Shown in pieces: positions 62,615 through 64,000 of a stretch of DNA of 64,000 nt. The notes under the pieces were generated by a model. It was given only the letters and a program-made list of their open reading frames with translations, had not been told where the DNA came from and did no database searches. This stretch comes from an uncultured Desulfurococcales archaeon (GTDB lineage: Archaea; Thermoproteota; Thermoprotei_A; EX4484-217-1): NCBI GenBank assembly GCA_964526225.1, contig CAZGLL010000006.1:1328-65327 (forward strand), given 5' to 3'. A program made the translations under genes and the position numbers. Each line of letters opens with the position of its first letter. Position 1 is the stretch's first letter.

Positions 62615-63113
62615 GCTTCCCCAACATTTTTTCTAAGATGTGCTTTAAATCATAAAAGTCTTTGACGTCAACGTTCATTTGGATAAAAACTACATCTCCA
62701 ATTTCCTTAAGCACTTCGTTTAAGTGCGTTTTTCTATCATCAACATAAACTATTTCACATGGTTCAACTGTTAACTTATACTTTTCAAAAGCTTTCTTCA
62801 TCATTTTACCTTTGTGAGGATGGAATTCAATACAATGGCCATCAAAGAGCTCGTATATTCCAAATGCTTTCAATGCTTCATAAGCTATTTCGGGGATGTT
62901 CCAGCTTAAACTGTAAACCTTCAATCCAACGCTCTTAGCCCATTTTAAGAACTCTATAACGCCCGGTTTTAGCTTCACAAGAGAACCTTCACTATCAATT
63001 ATTTCGAAATCACTTACCCTTTTAAATGGTGGTTTATGCAATGAAATATCGTGAGAAGACCATACTGTTCCGTCTAGGTCTAAGAATACCACTTTTGGCG
63101 AACATTTAACCAT
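62604..63113 (-). CDS. Magnesium-dependent phosphatase 1 (HAD family)
   Basis: LDLDGTVW, SLSWN, HPHK, YVDDR. Confidence 0.9.
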   Translation of the reverse strand: MVKCSPKVVFLDLDGTVWSSHDISLHKPPFKRVSDFEIIDSEGSLVKLKPGVIEFLKWAKSVGLKVYSLSWNIPEIAYEALKAFGIYELFDGHCIEFHPHKGKMMKKAFEKYKLTVEPCEIVYVDDRKTHLNEVLKEIGDVVFIQMNVDVKDFYDLKHILEKMLGKHDV

Positions 63114-63672
63114 AAGCTTCCCTCGATTTTGAAATTATTTCATTGACTTCGTCTGCTATTTTGGATAGAGGTTCGTTCTTAATAAGTTCCTTAATTTCCT
63201 TCAGTGTGTTATTGATTATCTCTTCTACTCTAGAATATCCGTTGGCTAAATATCTTTTACCTTGAATATGGGTTGCAAGTATTTCAGCTAACCTCGCAAC
63301 TTTAGCTTCATAAGTTTTTAACTCATTAAATTCCCTAACTAGGCTAGCTATTTCGCCGCCAAAAGCTTCTGTAGAAACTTTTTCCTCAAAATCCCTTGTC
63401 CTAACTATAGCGTCTTTTACATACTTAACAATGTCCCCTGTAATAGCCTCCGGTAAATCATGAAATAACGCAAGCACCGCTGCCTTATTAATATTAATAT
63501 TTACACCCTTATCTCTAAGCTTACTAGCTAAATAAAAAGCTAAAATCGACGCTTCAAAAGAATGCCCAGCTACAGTTTCCCCTATAGATGCCGGGATTCC
63601 GCGAAGCATCCAACCAGTTCTAACAGTGTTCTTTACTGCTTCAAGAGACTTAAGTAGTGTTTCAATACCCAT
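63106..63672 (-). CDS. HD-domain protein (YfbR/HDDC2-like 5'-nucleotidase)
   Basis: RTGWMLRG...ETVAGHSF...ALFHDLPEAITGDI. Confidence 0.88.
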   Translation of the reverse strand: MGIETLLKSLEAVKNTVRTGWMLRGIPASIGETVAGHSFEASILAFYLASKLRDKGVNININKAAVLALFHDLPEAITGDIVKYVKDAIVRTRDFEEKVSTEAFGGEIASLVREFNELKTYEAKVARLAEILATHIQGKRYLANGYSRVEEIINNTLKEIKELIKNEPLSKIADEVNEIISKSREAYG

Positions 63673-63828
63673 TAAATTACCCCCTATTGTACCGTTTACC
63701 TTTTAATAACACTATCTATTAATGATTACGATTTTAATATCTGTAACAATGTTTAGAAATAATTTATATAGTCTAGAAGGTTTCTTAAACAACAACATTA
63801 CACGATAAAGGCATAGGTGATTTCAATT

Positions 63829-64000
63829 TTGAATAAGCGTAAGGCTATATTGCTTGCTTCAGCCCTAGCCTTCTTTTAATACTCGCTTTAGTTCCTTTAA
63901 CAATAGCTTACTTAAGCATACATCCAAATGGCTAAAATACAAGTATGAATTACCAGAGCTCCTAGGAAGTACGGTTAGCTTCTGGGGCAAAGTATTTACA
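63829..64000 (+). pseudogene. Possible disrupted secreted/membrane protein, cut by the window end
   Basis: SD AGGTGA plus TTG; a signal-peptide-like N-terminus is broken by a one-base frameshift and further stops. Confidence 0.35.

Overview
A 64-kb, AT-rich stretch of chromosome from a hyperthermophilic crenarchaeon (Thermoproteota). Reverse gyrase, PolB1, rps25e/rps26e, TFB, class I LysRS and BHB-intron tRNAs all point to this. Most of it is core information-processing genes: aaRSs, RNA-modifying enzymes, two Cdc48 paralogs, FEN1, EndA, Rpo12, aIF1 and TFS. There are four tRNAs (Leu-TAG, Thr-CGT with intron, Arg-GCG, Gln-TTG with intron) and five C/D-box guide sRNAs. No CRISPR array, rRNA or intact transposase/integrase is visible. 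The most unusual structure is at 53.5-59.0 kb. A tRNA-Gln-anchored island of about 4.9 kb (mfnA, truncated PsiE-like gene, NhaC-family transporter, amidinotransferase) ends in a decayed copy of the tRNA-Gln 3' exon. That copy is followed by a decayed second mfnA, while a perfect 91-bp internal piece of tfs sits antisense directly behind the stop codon of the intact mfnA. Other highlights: two genes whose conserved N-termini have no ATG/GTG/TTG (likely CTG and ATA/ATT starts), 159-bp and 310-bp identical tracts shared by the two cdc48 paralogs, a guide RNA whose D guide matches the tRNA-Leu in this window, a B12 radical-SAM protein with a Cys4 insert splitting its Fe-S motif, and a nitrilase-fold protein lacking its catalytic residues next to reverse gyrase. 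All calls are by eye from motifs and recalled family knowledge; no database searches were run.
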